Assembly (NCBI GenBank): GCA_017629245.1
Contig: JAGBXO010000003.1
Coordinates: forward strand, 1,897 to 65,896
Source: Alphaproteobacteria bacterium
GTDB taxonomy: Bacteria > Pseudomonadota > Alphaproteobacteria > Rs-D84
Direction: 5' to 3'
Length of the DNA: 64,000 nt
The notes under the pieces: generated by a model
What the model saw: the letters and a program-made list of their open reading frames with translations, nothing else
The model's database searches: none
What the model was told of the DNA's origin: nothing
Translations under genes and position numbers: made by a program
Shown here: positions 17,846 through 27,230 of the stretch, in pieces
Position numbering within the stretch: the stretch's first letter is position 1
Layout: each line of letters begins with the position of its first letter

Positions 17846-19885
17846 ATGAAATTTAAAAAATATTTACGCATTTTATTGAATGTATTTTTTTGGTGTTTTG
17901 TCGCTGGTATCGCCAGTTTGGCGGTATTGGTGTTAATATATGGTAATGATTTACCTGATTACAAGAAATTGGCGACCTATGCGCCACCTGTTGCAACGCG
18001 TCTGTACGCGTCGGATGGTGCATTGTTGATTGAATATGCCGAAGAACGCCGTGTCTTTATTGACTATGCTGATATGCCGCCCCAGTTGGTAAACGCATTT
18101 ATTGCCGCCGAAGACCAAAATTTCTGGACTCATCCCGGGATTGATGTTCAGGGTATAATTCGTGCAGTGGTAAACAACGGTATGCGATTGGTAGGGTATA
18201 ACACAACATTATCCGGTGCGTCAACAATTACACAACAGGTGGCAAAAAATTTCTTTCTAACATCTGATCGCACAATTTCACGAAAAATAAAAGAGGCTAT
18301 ATTGGCCCTGCGCCTGGAACGTGCTTTTTCTAAGGAGCATATTTTGACTTTATACCTGAACCAGATATTCTTGGGCGCGCGTGCATATGGTGTTGGGTCT
18401 GCTGCATTGATGTATTTTAACAAGCCTGTAAATGAACTGTCCTTGGCTGAATGTGCGTTTCTGGCATCCTTGCCCAAGGCGCCAAATAATCGCACCCGCG
18501 CGGTCGAACGTCGCAACTATGTTCTGCGTCGTATGGTCGAAGAAGGTTTTATTACCCAGGCTCAGGCCGACGTTGCTGCTGCCGAAGAATTAAATATCAA
18601 CAGCGGGTTTACCGCCCAAATGGAAGAAGATTTTCAGTATTTTGCCGAAGATGTTCGCCGTCAATTATTGAACAGCCTTGGGCGCGAAGTTTTGTATAAC
18701 CAGGGCCTGTATATCAAAACAACAATTGTTCCTGAATTACAGCGTGCGGCATCCGCCGCCCTGGCGCGTGAATTGGATGCGTATAATGCGGGACGCGATG
18801 AAAAATTACAGGGCGCAATCATCGCAATGAATCCACATACGGGGCGTATTTTGGCAATGGCGGGGGGGCGTTCTTTTCGTGACAGTTCGTTTAATCGTGC
18901 AACCCAGGCGTATCGTCAGATTGGTTCTACGATAAAGCCTTTTGTATATCTGGCGGCATTGGAACGTGGTTATACGCCGCAAACTATGATACTGGATGCA
19001 CCGATTGTTGGTTGGCGTGAAAATGATACATTGTGGAAGCCTGAAAATTACGACAAAAAATTCTTGGGCGATGTGCCGTTGCGCCTGTCGTTGGAAACAT
19101 CGCGCAATGTGCCGACGGTGCGTCTGGTTGAACAGATTGGAACCGAAAACGCAATTGCAGCCGCTCAGCGATTCGGTGTCTATCCATCAGATATGACAAA
19201 TATGAATCTGTCCATGGCACTGGGGTCTGGCGAAACGACATTGGAAAAGTTAGTGCTGGGTTATTCTGCATTTATCAATGGGGGGCGCGTGATTCAGCCA
19301 AAGTTGGTCGATTATGTCGAAGACAGATATGGGCGTGTTATCGGTGGAGCACCGTCTGAAATTGTTGAATGGTCGGATGATTTAATGCCGCCTGAAATGA
19401 ATGCTACATCAGAACCTTTGTCTGACCCACAAAGTTTGTATCAAATGGTATCTATCCTGCAGGGCGCGGTTGAACGCGGTACAGGTAAACAAGCACGTGT
19501 TTCTGGCCATACAATTGCAGGCAAAACAGGTACAACCAACGATGTCAAAGATGTTTGGTTTATAGGTTTTTCCAAGAATCTGATTGCGGGTGTATACCTG
19601 GGGTTTGATACGCCAAAACCGTTGGGTCGTGGCGCGGGTTCTCACATGGCAGCACGCGTGTTTGCGGACTTTATGCGGGTTGCATTGGCGGACGAAAAGA
19701 ATCAGCCGTTTGCCGTCCCTGATGGTCTGACGTTTATGCGTGTAAACCGTCGCAGTGGTGCATCTGCCGCAACTGACCCAGACGGCACGATAATCCAAGA
19801 AGCCTTTAAACCTGGTCAATCTCCAAATCCTGCTCCACGCAAATCTGTTGCGGGATTTGTTCCGGTTGTTGGCGGTGTATTTTAA
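17846..19885 (+). CDS. mrcA: penicillin-binding protein 1A (bifunctional transglycosylase/transpeptidase)
   Basis: N-terminal TM. Glycosyltransferase motifs 'FIAAEDQNFWTHPGID' and 'GASTITQQVAKN'. Transpeptidase 'STIKP'. Confidence 0.85.
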   Translation: MKFKKYLRILLNVFFWCFVAGIASLAVLVLIYGNDLPDYKKLATYAPPVATRLYASDGALLIEYAEERRVFIDYADMPPQLVNAFIAAEDQNFWTHPGIDVQGIIRAVVNNGMRLVGYNTTLSGASTITQQVAKNFFLTSDRTISRKIKEAILALRLERAFSKEHILTLYLNQIFLGARAYGVGSAALMYFNKPVNELSLAECAFLASLPKAPNNRTRAVERRNYVLRRMVEEGFITQAQADVAAAEELNINSGFTAQMEEDFQYFAEDVRRQLLNSLGREVLYNQGLYIKTTIVPELQRAASAALARELDAYNAGRDEKLQGAIIAMNPHTGRILAMAGGRSFRDSSFNRATQAYRQIGSTIKPFVYLAALERGYTPQTMILDAPIVGWRENDTLWKPENYDKKFLGDVPLRLSLETSRNVPTVRLVEQIGTENAIAAAQRFGVYPSDMTNMNLSMALGSGETTLEKLVLGYSAFINGGRVIQPKLVDYVEDRYGRVIGGAPSEIVEWSDDLMPPEMNATSEPLSDPQSLYQMVSILQGAVERGTGKQARVSGHTIAGKTGTTNDVKDVWFIGFSKNLIAGVYLGFDTPKPLGRGAGSHMAARVFADFMRVALADEKNQPFAVPDGLTFMRVNRRSGASAATDPDGTIIQEAFKPGQSPNPAPRKSVAGFVPVVGGVF

Positions 19886-19954
19886 TTCTTAGATTCCATT
19901 TGTATATAAAATCTTTTGTGATAGAATGTCAGCATAAGGGAAAAAGGATTTTTT

Positions 19955-21043
19955 ATGCTGACAGATTATTTCTTTAGTTATGGCTATTCATTTTTTGCCA
20001 GTGGTTGGACACAATTTGCAGGGGCGTTTTTTGTATCTTTTATGATAATGTTGCTGTTTGGTCGTCCATTTATTCGTGCTATGCGTGCATTGCAAAAGCA
20101 GGGTCAGCCAATCAGTGAAAATGTCCCAGATGCCCATTTGAAAAAGGCGGGAACCCCAACAATGGGTGGTATATTAATTATTATTGCGATTTTGGTGGGC
20201 GCTTTGCTGTTTATGCCGTATTCAAATCCAACGGGTTGGATTGCGCTGGCGGCATTGGTGATGTTCGGTGCGTTGGGTTTTGTTGATGATTATAAAAAGG
20301 TTAAATCCCAGTCGTCCAAGGCTGCTAATGGTCTGTCGCCATTGACGCGTCTGGTTGTCGAAGGGATTTTTGTCGTCATACTGGCATATTTTATAAATCA
20401 AACAATGCCGCCATATATACCTGAATATTCCCTGTCAATTGGTGCGGGAATAATCTTGCCACTGGGGTTGCTGTATTATGTCTTTGCATATTTTGTAATT
20501 TGTGGCAGTGCCAATGCCACCAATATCACAGATGGGCTGGATGGAATGCTGGCTAAATTGTATATGCCTGTACTTGTTGTGTTGGTTGTGGCGTTATATG
20601 GTGCAACCCGAATTGGTTTTATGGACACGGTTATGTTCTTGCCAACTGCCAGTGGTCTGTATGCGGTCTTGGGCGCAGCCTTTGGTGCGGTCTTGGGGTT
20701 CTTGTGGTATAATGCGCGGCCTGCATCAATATTTATGGGCGATGTTGGTTCCTTGGCGCTGGGTGGCTTTATGGGTACGGTTGCCATGTTGTTAAAGTCT
20801 GAAATTATAATGGGTATTGCTGCCGGCATGATGGTTTTGATATTACTGTCATCCTTTATACAAACGACATGCTTTAAAATAACGCGCAAGATTTCTGGCA
20901 CTGGTCGTCGTGTATTTTTGCGTGCGCCACTGCATCATCATTTCGAAGAATTGGGGTGGCCTGAAACAAAAATCGTAGAACGGTTCTTTATTCTGTCAAT
21001 TTTGTTTTCAGGACTGGCATTGGTATTGTTGAAATTTGCATAA
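19955..21043 (+). CDS. mraY: phospho-N-acetylmuramoyl-pentapeptide transferase
   Basis: 'KAGTPTMGG' and 'NATNITDGLDGM' are MraY signature motifs. 10 TM segments. Confidence 0.85.
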   Translation: MLTDYFFSYGYSFFASGWTQFAGAFFVSFMIMLLFGRPFIRAMRALQKQGQPISENVPDAHLKKAGTPTMGGILIIIAILVGALLFMPYSNPTGWIALAALVMFGALGFVDDYKKVKSQSSKAANGLSPLTRLVVEGIFVVILAYFINQTMPPYIPEYSLSIGAGIILPLGLLYYVFAYFVICGSANATNITDGLDGMLAKLYMPVLVVLVVALYGATRIGFMDTVMFLPTASGLYAVLGAAFGAVLGFLWYNARPASIFMGDVGSLALGGFMGTVAMLLKSEIIMGIAAGMMVLILLSSFIQTTCFKITRKISGTGRRVFLRAPLHHHFEELGWPETKIVERFFILSILFSGLALVLLKFA

Positions 21044-21058
21044 CAGATAAAGGCAGAC

Positions 21059-22201
21059 ATGTTAAAGCGCAGCGAAGAAAGTAAATTAACCAGTTGGTAT
21101 TTTGAAACAGACCGTCGCCTGTTAGGGTGCGTTCTTGTGATGATATTGCTGTCTGTGATATTTGTTGTGTCTGCAGGCTCGATTAAGGCCGAACATATGG
21201 GCGAACCTTGGTATTATTTTTTAGTCAAGGCTACGCCGTTTTATATTGCTGGATTAATCGCTTTATTCGGGGCCAGTTTCCTGAACAAGAAATGGGTGTT
21301 AGTATTTGCTGGCTTAAATTTGGTGGCAGGGTTGGCGCTGTTACCGCTGACAGTTGTTGCGCCACACATGATTAATAATTCTGCGCGTTTTGTGTCGTTG
21401 GGATTTTTTAATGTTATGCCATCGGATATTATGAAGCCAGGCTTTATAATCATGACGGCATATTTTTTATCGCTGATGAAGCAACATTATGGTGATAATA
21501 TTTTCTTTAACAAAGAAGCGTGGCGTTTTAATACTTGGCTCAGTTGGGCGTATTATCTGCCTGCGTTTATCTTGTTTATTTTGATTGTGTTTAATCATCC
21601 TGATTTTGGGACTTCAATTCTTTATCTGGGTGTGTTTACAGCAATGATTTTTATTGCGGGTATGCCACTGGTATTGATACCGGTTTTGGGGGTTGCAGGC
21701 TTTTTAATGTTAGTTGCAGCGTTCTTTACATTGGGGCATGTGCAGCGTCGTATTCTGGCATTCTTTACAGGTGCAGGTGACACATATCAGGTTGACAGTT
21801 CCGTTGATTCGATCCGTCATGGGGGATTGTTGGGGTCTGGTGATGATGCGTTTGTAAAACAATATTTGCCCGACGTTCATACAGACTTTATATTTGCTGC
21901 CATTGCCGAAGATATGGGCGCGATAATGGCGTGTGGATTGCTGGTGCTGTTGTTCTATGTGTTTCGTCGCCTGATAACAAACGCAACAAATGCGCGTGAT
22001 TTATTTGTTGTCTATGCAACGGGTGGCACGGCGGCATTGTTTGGTACCCAAATATGCTTTAACATGTTAACGACATTAAACCTATTCGCGCCCAAGGGTA
22101 TGACATTGCCATTCATTTCATACGGGGGCAGTTCGCTGTTGGCGTATTGTCTGCTGTTTGGTATGATATTGGCATTGGTTCGCGAAGATAAATGGAAATA
22201 G
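21059..22201 (+). CDS. ftsW: cell division/peptidoglycan polymerase FtsW (SEDS family)
   Basis: SEDS-type polytopic protein directly between mraY and murG (murD absent). C-terminal 'KGMTLPFISYGGSSLLA' motif. Confidence 0.75.
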   Translation: MLKRSEESKLTSWYFETDRRLLGCVLVMILLSVIFVVSAGSIKAEHMGEPWYYFLVKATPFYIAGLIALFGASFLNKKWVLVFAGLNLVAGLALLPLTVVAPHMINNSARFVSLGFFNVMPSDIMKPGFIIMTAYFLSLMKQHYGDNIFFNKEAWRFNTWLSWAYYLPAFILFILIVFNHPDFGTSILYLGVFTAMIFIAGMPLVLIPVLGVAGFLMLVAAFFTLGHVQRRILAFFTGAGDTYQVDSSVDSIRHGGLLGSGDDAFVKQYLPDVHTDFIFAAIAEDMGAIMACGLLVLLFYVFRRLITNATNARDLFVVYATGGTAALFGTQICFNMLTTLNLFAPKGMTLPFISYGGSSLLAYCLLFGMILALVREDKWK

Positions 22202-22218
22202 TATAACGGGGGTGTGTT

Positions 22219-23265
22219 ATGAAAATATGGATTGCAACAGGTGGTACAGGCGGGCATGTCTTTCCGGCATTAAGTGTTGCCACAGAATTGGCATCGCGTG
22301 GGCATAAAATCACAATATCGTGCGATGGTCGTGTGCGCGAAATGGTTCGTCGTGGCGCGCCCAAGGGTGCAAAAATTGTTCATGTTTGGGCGTCTGGTGT
22401 TGGCGCAAAAAGTCGCCTGAAACAGATGTATGCATTGTTTAAAATTGGCGTGTCTGCGGTCGCGCTGATATTGCGTTTTGCCTTTTTGCGTCCAAATCGT
22501 GTTGTTGCGTTTGGGGGGTATGCATCTGTGCCTGCTGTATTTGCGGCGCATGTTTGGCATGTTCCAACATTCCTGCACGAACAGAATGCGGCAATTGGCC
22601 GTGCAAATCGCTTCGCGATGCGCTGGGTAAAAACCTTGATGACCAGTTTCCCAACCGTGTCTGGCATACCCGAAACTGGTGCACGCGTTGTTTATACTGG
22701 CTTGCCAGTGCGCGGTGATTTCTTGTCTGCGTCTGCCGCACCATTGACGGGTGCTGGACGACTGTTGGTGACGGGTGGGTCACTGGGGGCGCAAATCCTG
22801 GATGATGTAGTTCCATCTGCAATCGCTGCTATGAAGAATAATAAAAAGATTTTTGTAACTCATCAAACGCGCCCCGAAAATGTAGAGCGTTTGCAGCGTT
22901 TTTATGCAGAAAATAAAATTCGTGCAAATGTTTTGTCTTTTATTCACGATATGGCGGGTGCAATTGTTGGGGCGGACTTAGTTATCGGTCGCAGTGGTGC
23001 CAGCACTGTTGTTGAATTACAGACTATTGGTCGTCCGGCAATATTGGTGCCCTTAAACATAAATCCTGACCAAGCTGCCAATGCCGCGTCATTCGCCAAA
23101 ACTGGTGGTGGCTTTGCGATTGAGCAATCCAAGTTTACGCCGCGTTGGTTGTCATCTACCCTGGCAGAATTATTTGATAATCCATCGCGTCTGGAAAAAA
23201 TGGCGCAAAAGGCGTATGTTGAAAATAATGCTGTTACGACAATCGCAGATGTTGTAACGAAATAA
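22219..23265 (+). CDS. murG: UDP-N-acetylglucosamine--N-acetylmuramyl-(pentapeptide) pyrophosphoryl-undecaprenol GlcNAc transferase
   Basis: 'IATGGTGGHVFPAL' N-terminal motif and GT-B architecture. Confidence 0.85.
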   Translation: MKIWIATGGTGGHVFPALSVATELASRGHKITISCDGRVREMVRRGAPKGAKIVHVWASGVGAKSRLKQMYALFKIGVSAVALILRFAFLRPNRVVAFGGYASVPAVFAAHVWHVPTFLHEQNAAIGRANRFAMRWVKTLMTSFPTVSGIPETGARVVYTGLPVRGDFLSASAAPLTGAGRLLVTGGSLGAQILDDVVPSAIAAMKNNKKIFVTHQTRPENVERLQRFYAENKIRANVLSFIHDMAGAIVGADLVIGRSGASTVVELQTIGRPAILVPLNINPDQAANAASFAKTGGGFAIEQSKFTPRWLSSTLAELFDNPSRLEKMAQKAYVENNAVTTIADVVTK

Positions 23266-23298
23266 AAAAAATCCCACCGAATGGTGGGATTTTTTTTG
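23264..23298 (+). terminator. intrinsic terminator (atcccacc-gaat-ggtgggat + T8)
   Basis: 8-bp stem at 23271-23278/23283-23290 flanked by A8/T8. Confidence 0.7.
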
Positions 23299-23365
23299 TA
23301 AAAACATTTTTCTACTTGCGCACGATTCGTCTTTTGTTCTATGATAAAACCAGAAGGGAAGAAAG

Positions 23366-24673
23366 ATGCGTCGTATTACAATCAGTGTATTGTCGGTATT
23401 TGTTGTGTTGCCTGCGATTGCGGGTGGTCGTTTGCCTGTGGTAAATATTGCCTCGGGTGGTGTTTCTGCGCGGGCCGCATTTGGCGAAGCGGATACCAAA
23501 CCCGTTACGGTTGCGGTCACCACACAAAAAAAACAGGCGTCGCCCACACGGACCAGACGCGTTGTTTCGCGCAGTGCCACGCCGGTCCAGGCGGTTGATG
23601 TGGGTGAAAAAATTGTTGCATCAAATGATGTTTTATCGCCACGTCGCCCCAGCAATGATTTATGGGCAAAAAGTGACAACGCGTTGCGTATGCCAATGCC
23701 CAGTGAATTTTCTGTGATACGCACCGATTCTGTTTTACCAGAAGAAAGTTTGGATAAAACCTTTGCGGTGGCACCTGTGACCAAATCGGTCGCCCCCGCG
23801 CCACGCATGGCCAAAACGCAGGTTGCGCCAACGACTGCGCCGGCCACATCGGAATCTGACCTAGATACACAAATTGCGCGACTGGCCCAATTGCAAAAAC
23901 GCGCCGATGACAGTGTGCGTACCGTTTCGCGTCGTGTCATTTCTGCGCCAATTGCTGAAATGCAAACACATTCAGAACCGCGCACGGTTGCATCTGCCGC
24001 GCCTGTGAAAAGCGAATCTGTATCTTTACATCGTATGGTTGTTCCAATGGAAACAGACAATGTTGTAATGCGTGCCGTTGAAAAAACGAAATCTCCGCGC
24101 ATTGCAGCGGTTCGCGATGATATGACAAAAATGAATCCGAATGAATTGCGTCGTGCGTTTCGTAAAACATTTTTAGAAGAAAATAAGCATCTGTCCACAT
24201 TTTCAATAGACTCGCGCTTTGACACAGCCAGTGATATGTCCGCATCAATCGAAGGGTTCACTGCAAATCACGACCTGTCCGAAGGTACTGGGATACGTCC
24301 GCTGGAAATCAAGATTAAATTCCGCAATGCAGATTCTGCCCTGTCGCGCGACAATTATACATTATTAACCGAATATGCTGGTATCGTTGTAAACAAACCG
24401 ACACGCGCAATTCAGGTTGCAATACCGTCATACATGACAATGAAATCTGACGAACGCAAATTGGCGGCACGTCGTCTGGCAATTATTGAACAGGCCCTGA
24501 CTGATAATGGTGTTTCAAAACAGCGAATTGTACCTGTTCTATCTAACCGTGATGAGCCTAGTTTTGTTCTGCGTATTATCTCGGGCGATGAATATGAAAC
24601 ATTAACGCAACAGTCACGAAATATGTTTGGTGATACTGTGTCTAAAAAGACTTATAAAAGTATGTCGTGGTAA
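23366..24673 (+). CDS. secreted T/A/P/S-rich protein of unknown function (possible OmpA-like C-terminal segment)
   Basis: RBS aGGGAAGAAAG + ATG. Signal peptide 'MRRITISVLSVFVVLPAIAGG'. The antisense 363-aa ORF (23170-24261) was judged an artefact. C-terminal 'RRLAIIEQALTDNGVSKQRI' is weakly OmpA-like. Confidence 0.5.
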   Translation: MRRITISVLSVFVVLPAIAGGRLPVVNIASGGVSARAAFGEADTKPVTVAVTTQKKQASPTRTRRVVSRSATPVQAVDVGEKIVASNDVLSPRRPSNDLWAKSDNALRMPMPSEFSVIRTDSVLPEESLDKTFAVAPVTKSVAPAPRMAKTQVAPTTAPATSESDLDTQIARLAQLQKRADDSVRTVSRRVISAPIAEMQTHSEPRTVASAAPVKSESVSLHRMVVPMETDNVVMRAVEKTKSPRIAAVRDDMTKMNPNELRRAFRKTFLEENKHLSTFSIDSRFDTASDMSASIEGFTANHDLSEGTGIRPLEIKIKFRNADSALSRDNYTLLTEYAGIVVNKPTRAIQVAIPSYMTMKSDERKLAARRLAIIEQALTDNGVSKQRIVPVLSNRDEPSFVLRIISGDEYETLTQQSRNMFGDTVSKKTYKSMSW

Positions 24674-25389
24674 AGTTCTTTAATAGTGTTATTGGCTTTT
24701 TATTTCCGCCGGCGTGTCCGCTTTGTGATACGCCGGTATCTATTCATGGCGAATTGTGCGCCGAATGTTGGGCCGCAATTGATTGGATTACATGGCCTTA
24801 TTGTGTGCGGTGTGGTTATCCATTCCCGGCGGATTTAGACCTGGGTGGCACGCCACTTTGTCCAATATGTGCGTCGGGAAAAACTGAACTGGATTGGATT
24901 CGCTGTGCATGTGTATATGATGCGGCGTCGCGTTCTGCAATGTTGCCGTTCAAGCATGGTGGGCGAATAAAATATGCACGCTTTATGTCGCGTGCAATGA
25001 TGTGGGCGTTGCGTGATATTAATGTTGATGCTGATATTGTAATGCCTGTGCCGCTGGCGAACCGCCGACTGTTTTCGCGTGGCTATAACCAGGCGACCCT
25101 ATTGGCGCGTCCTATTGCACGCACATTGGATGTGTGTCTGGATGTTGATTCTGTTCGTCGCAAATTCAGGCCAGACATGGGGCACAAAAACGCGCGTCAG
25201 CGTCTGGAAAATATTCATGGTGTATTTTCGGTTGTGCGGCCTGATAAAATCCGTGGTAGAAAAATTTTGTTGGTTGATGATGTTATGACGACTGGCGCAA
25301 CATTTTCAGAATTGTGTCGTGTATTAATGCGTGCTGGTGCATCAGCGGTTTATGGTGTGACATTTTGTCGTGTTGTGCGCACGATTTAA
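24667..25389 (+). CDS. comF: ComF/GntX family phosphoribosyltransferase-domain protein
   Basis: N-terminal Cys4 'CPLCDT...CAECW' and a C-terminal PRTase motif 'ILLVDDVMTTGAT'. Confidence 0.75.
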   Translation: MVKFFNSVIGFLFPPACPLCDTPVSIHGELCAECWAAIDWITWPYCVRCGYPFPADLDLGGTPLCPICASGKTELDWIRCACVYDAASRSAMLPFKHGGRIKYARFMSRAMMWALRDINVDADIVMPVPLANRRLFSRGYNQATLLARPIARTLDVCLDVDSVRRKFRPDMGHKNARQRLENIHGVFSVVRPDKIRGRKILLVDDVMTTGATFSELCRVLMRAGASAVYGVTFCRVVRTI

Positions 25390-25769
25390 TTTAGTATTTT
25401 ATATTTGTTTGGGGTTTGTATATTATGAATCGCGCTTTGCATTTCTTGATAGATTAGTTTTGTTGAACACATCTGGAACAGTTTTAAAACGCACAGGGCA
25501 GGTTGGGCCATTGTCTTTTTTTTGTCCGAGATTATTGTGTTGGCGACCTTGTATCCATCAACATAAATGCTGTATTTGTAAATGGTTGCATCTTTGTTTT
25601 TATACAGCATTAATTGCTCAAAGTCATATGCTGTGCCATCCTTGCCGACAAGACTGTAATCTGTGGATTCCAAGGAATCGCCATTTGTGATTCTGTATAC
25701 AGACACATATCCGTCAATAATTGCTTGACGGATTTTTTCTTGCAATAATGTGTCCGCTGCAAACTGCAT
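25386..25769 (-). CDS. hypothetical protein (127 aa), second gene of a two-gene minus-strand unit
   Basis: Start overlaps the upstream stop by 1 nt (TAATG). No motif recognised. Confidence 0.4.
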   Translation of the reverse strand: MQFAADTLLQEKIRQAIIDGYVSVYRITNGDSLESTDYSLVGKDGTAYDFEQLMLYKNKDATIYKYSIYVDGYKVANTIISDKKKTMAQPALCVLKLFQMCSTKLIYQEMQSAIHNIQTPNKYKILN

Positions 25770-26140
25770 TATTTCGCTTTCTCAATTCTTTTACCATTCA
25801 AGAAATCGATTAATATTTGTTCTTTGGCTGTCAAGTGCTTTGCGGCGTTGCGTGCGCGTTCTAATTCTGCATAGCGATTACTGATTGTGTGCAGTATATC
25901 AAACATGTCGCGTTGTTCTTGTGTCATCGCCTTGTTTGCATTTTCATACCATTCAATCTTAAATGTTGTGCCGTGAATGGTCAGTGTGTACAGGCCGTAA
26001 TCCCATCCGTTTGTATATTCCATCAAGATATTTCCGTTTACGTCCTTGACGATATATTCGTCAATGCCAGGGTGACGGGTCAAGACAACATTGTTGCGAT
26101 TTGCTGTATCGATAATAGTTTGTTTTAATAGGTTGTTCAT
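25769..26140 (-). CDS. hypothetical protein (123 aa), first gene of a two-gene unit
   Basis: Clean ORF with an AT-rich upstream region; no motif recognised. Confidence 0.4.
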   Translation of the reverse strand: MNNLLKQTIIDTANRNNVVLTRHPGIDEYIVKDVNGNILMEYTNGWDYGLYTLTIHGTTFKIEWYENANKAMTQEQRDMFDILHTISNRYAELERARNAAKHLTAKEQILIDFLNGKRIEKAK

Positions 26141-26284
26141 TCTTGTATCCTTTAAAAGTAGTTATACTTACTCTTAAATATAACACAAAAGAAAAGTTTG
26201 TCAAGTGCTAACTTTGTTGCAAAGTTGAAATTATTTGTCTAAACTTTTTGTGTCCTGTATATGTGAAAATAAAAAGGAGAAAAT

Positions 26285-26809
26285 ATGAATTTTAAATTTT
26301 TGTCTGTTCTTGCCGGCTTGTTGTTGCCTGTTGTGGCAAATGGGGCAATGCCGCATGTTGGTTTTTATCAGACGATTGATGATGAAACAAAGTCGCCTAA
26401 ATCGATAGTTGCGTTGTATGAATATACGGATGGTGATGATGTAGAATTAGCTGGTCGGATTATTGCGTTGTATGGTACAGACGGCGCAGTTTCTGAAACT
26501 TTGTCTAATCCTGTTCGTGTTGCAGATTCTGTGTCTGGTGCACCAAAGATGGTTGGACTGGATATTATTTGGAATATGGAATGGGATGCGGATGATTCCA
26601 GGTACGAAGATGGAAAAATCATGGATCCAAAGTCTGGCAAGATTTATTCCAGTCTTATGTGGCAGGAAACGCCTGGTGTTCTGAATGTTCGTGGAAAAAT
26701 CGGACCGTTTGGTCGCACGCAATATTGGAATGTTATGTCTGTATCTGATTTGCCATTGGATTTGCAAAATCTGGATATGTCCAAATGGGCGCCAAAGGTT
26801 ATAAAATAA
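26285..26809 (+). CDS. secreted DUF2147-like protein
   Basis: RBS AAGGAGA + ATG and a signal peptide. 'DPKSGKIYSSLMW...LNVRGKIGPFGRTQYW' resembles the DUF2147 signature. This is from memory and was not aligned. Confidence 0.4.
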   Translation: MNFKFLSVLAGLLLPVVANGAMPHVGFYQTIDDETKSPKSIVALYEYTDGDDVELAGRIIALYGTDGAVSETLSNPVRVADSVSGAPKMVGLDIIWNMEWDADDSRYEDGKIMDPKSGKIYSSLMWQETPGVLNVRGKIGPFGRTQYWNVMSVSDLPLDLQNLDMSKWAPKVIK

Positions 26810-26838
26810 AAATACCGCCCGTTTGGGCGGTTGTTTAT
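26808..26838. terminator. bidirectional intrinsic terminator (ccgccc-gttt-gggcgg)
   Basis: Hairpin at 26815-26830 between convergent genes. It overlaps the MerR stop codon. Confidence 0.55.
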
Positions 26839-27212
26839 TGCAAAATATTTTTTGCGTTTTCTAATAATGTTATTGCTGTATCTATTTCGTCGGCCGAATA
26901 GGATGTCGTGACTGTCTGTGTTATTGTTGCCGATTGTGATGTGTTGGCGTCTGACAAATTAGCAGGTAAATTTCCGTCGCGTAACAATTTTTTTACCCCT
27001 GCAATTGTCATGCCGTGTGTATACAGCAAATCTTTTATTTGAATTAATTTCTGTACAGTTTCCGTGCGGTAATATCTGCGCCCACCGGCCCCTGTTGTTG
27101 GGCGAATTGCAACTGGGAATTGTTTTTCCCAGTATCGCAGGGTGTGTGCCGGCACGGCCAGTCGTTTTGAAACTTCGTTTATAGATGCAAAGTATTCATT
27201 ATTATTTTCCAT
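26835..27212 (-). CDS. MerR-family transcriptional regulator
   Basis: 'INEVSKRLAVPAHTLRYWEKQF...GRRYY' is a MerR-type HTH. 125 aa, immediately downstream of gyrA. Confidence 0.75.
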   Translation of the reverse strand: MENNNEYFASINEVSKRLAVPAHTLRYWEKQFPVAIRPTTGAGGRRYYRTETVQKLIQIKDLLYTHGMTIAGVKKLLRDGNLPANLSDANTSQSATITQTVTTSYSADEIDTAITLLENAKNILQ

Positions 27213-27230
27213 GCCGGCATTCCTCTTTCT

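Noticed and set aside
23170-24261. 363-aa minus-strand ORF antisense to murG's end and the secreted protein
   Set aside because: R/S-rich composition with no RBS. It overlaps the murG 3' end and a strong terminator. Judged a shadow ORF of the plus-strand gene.
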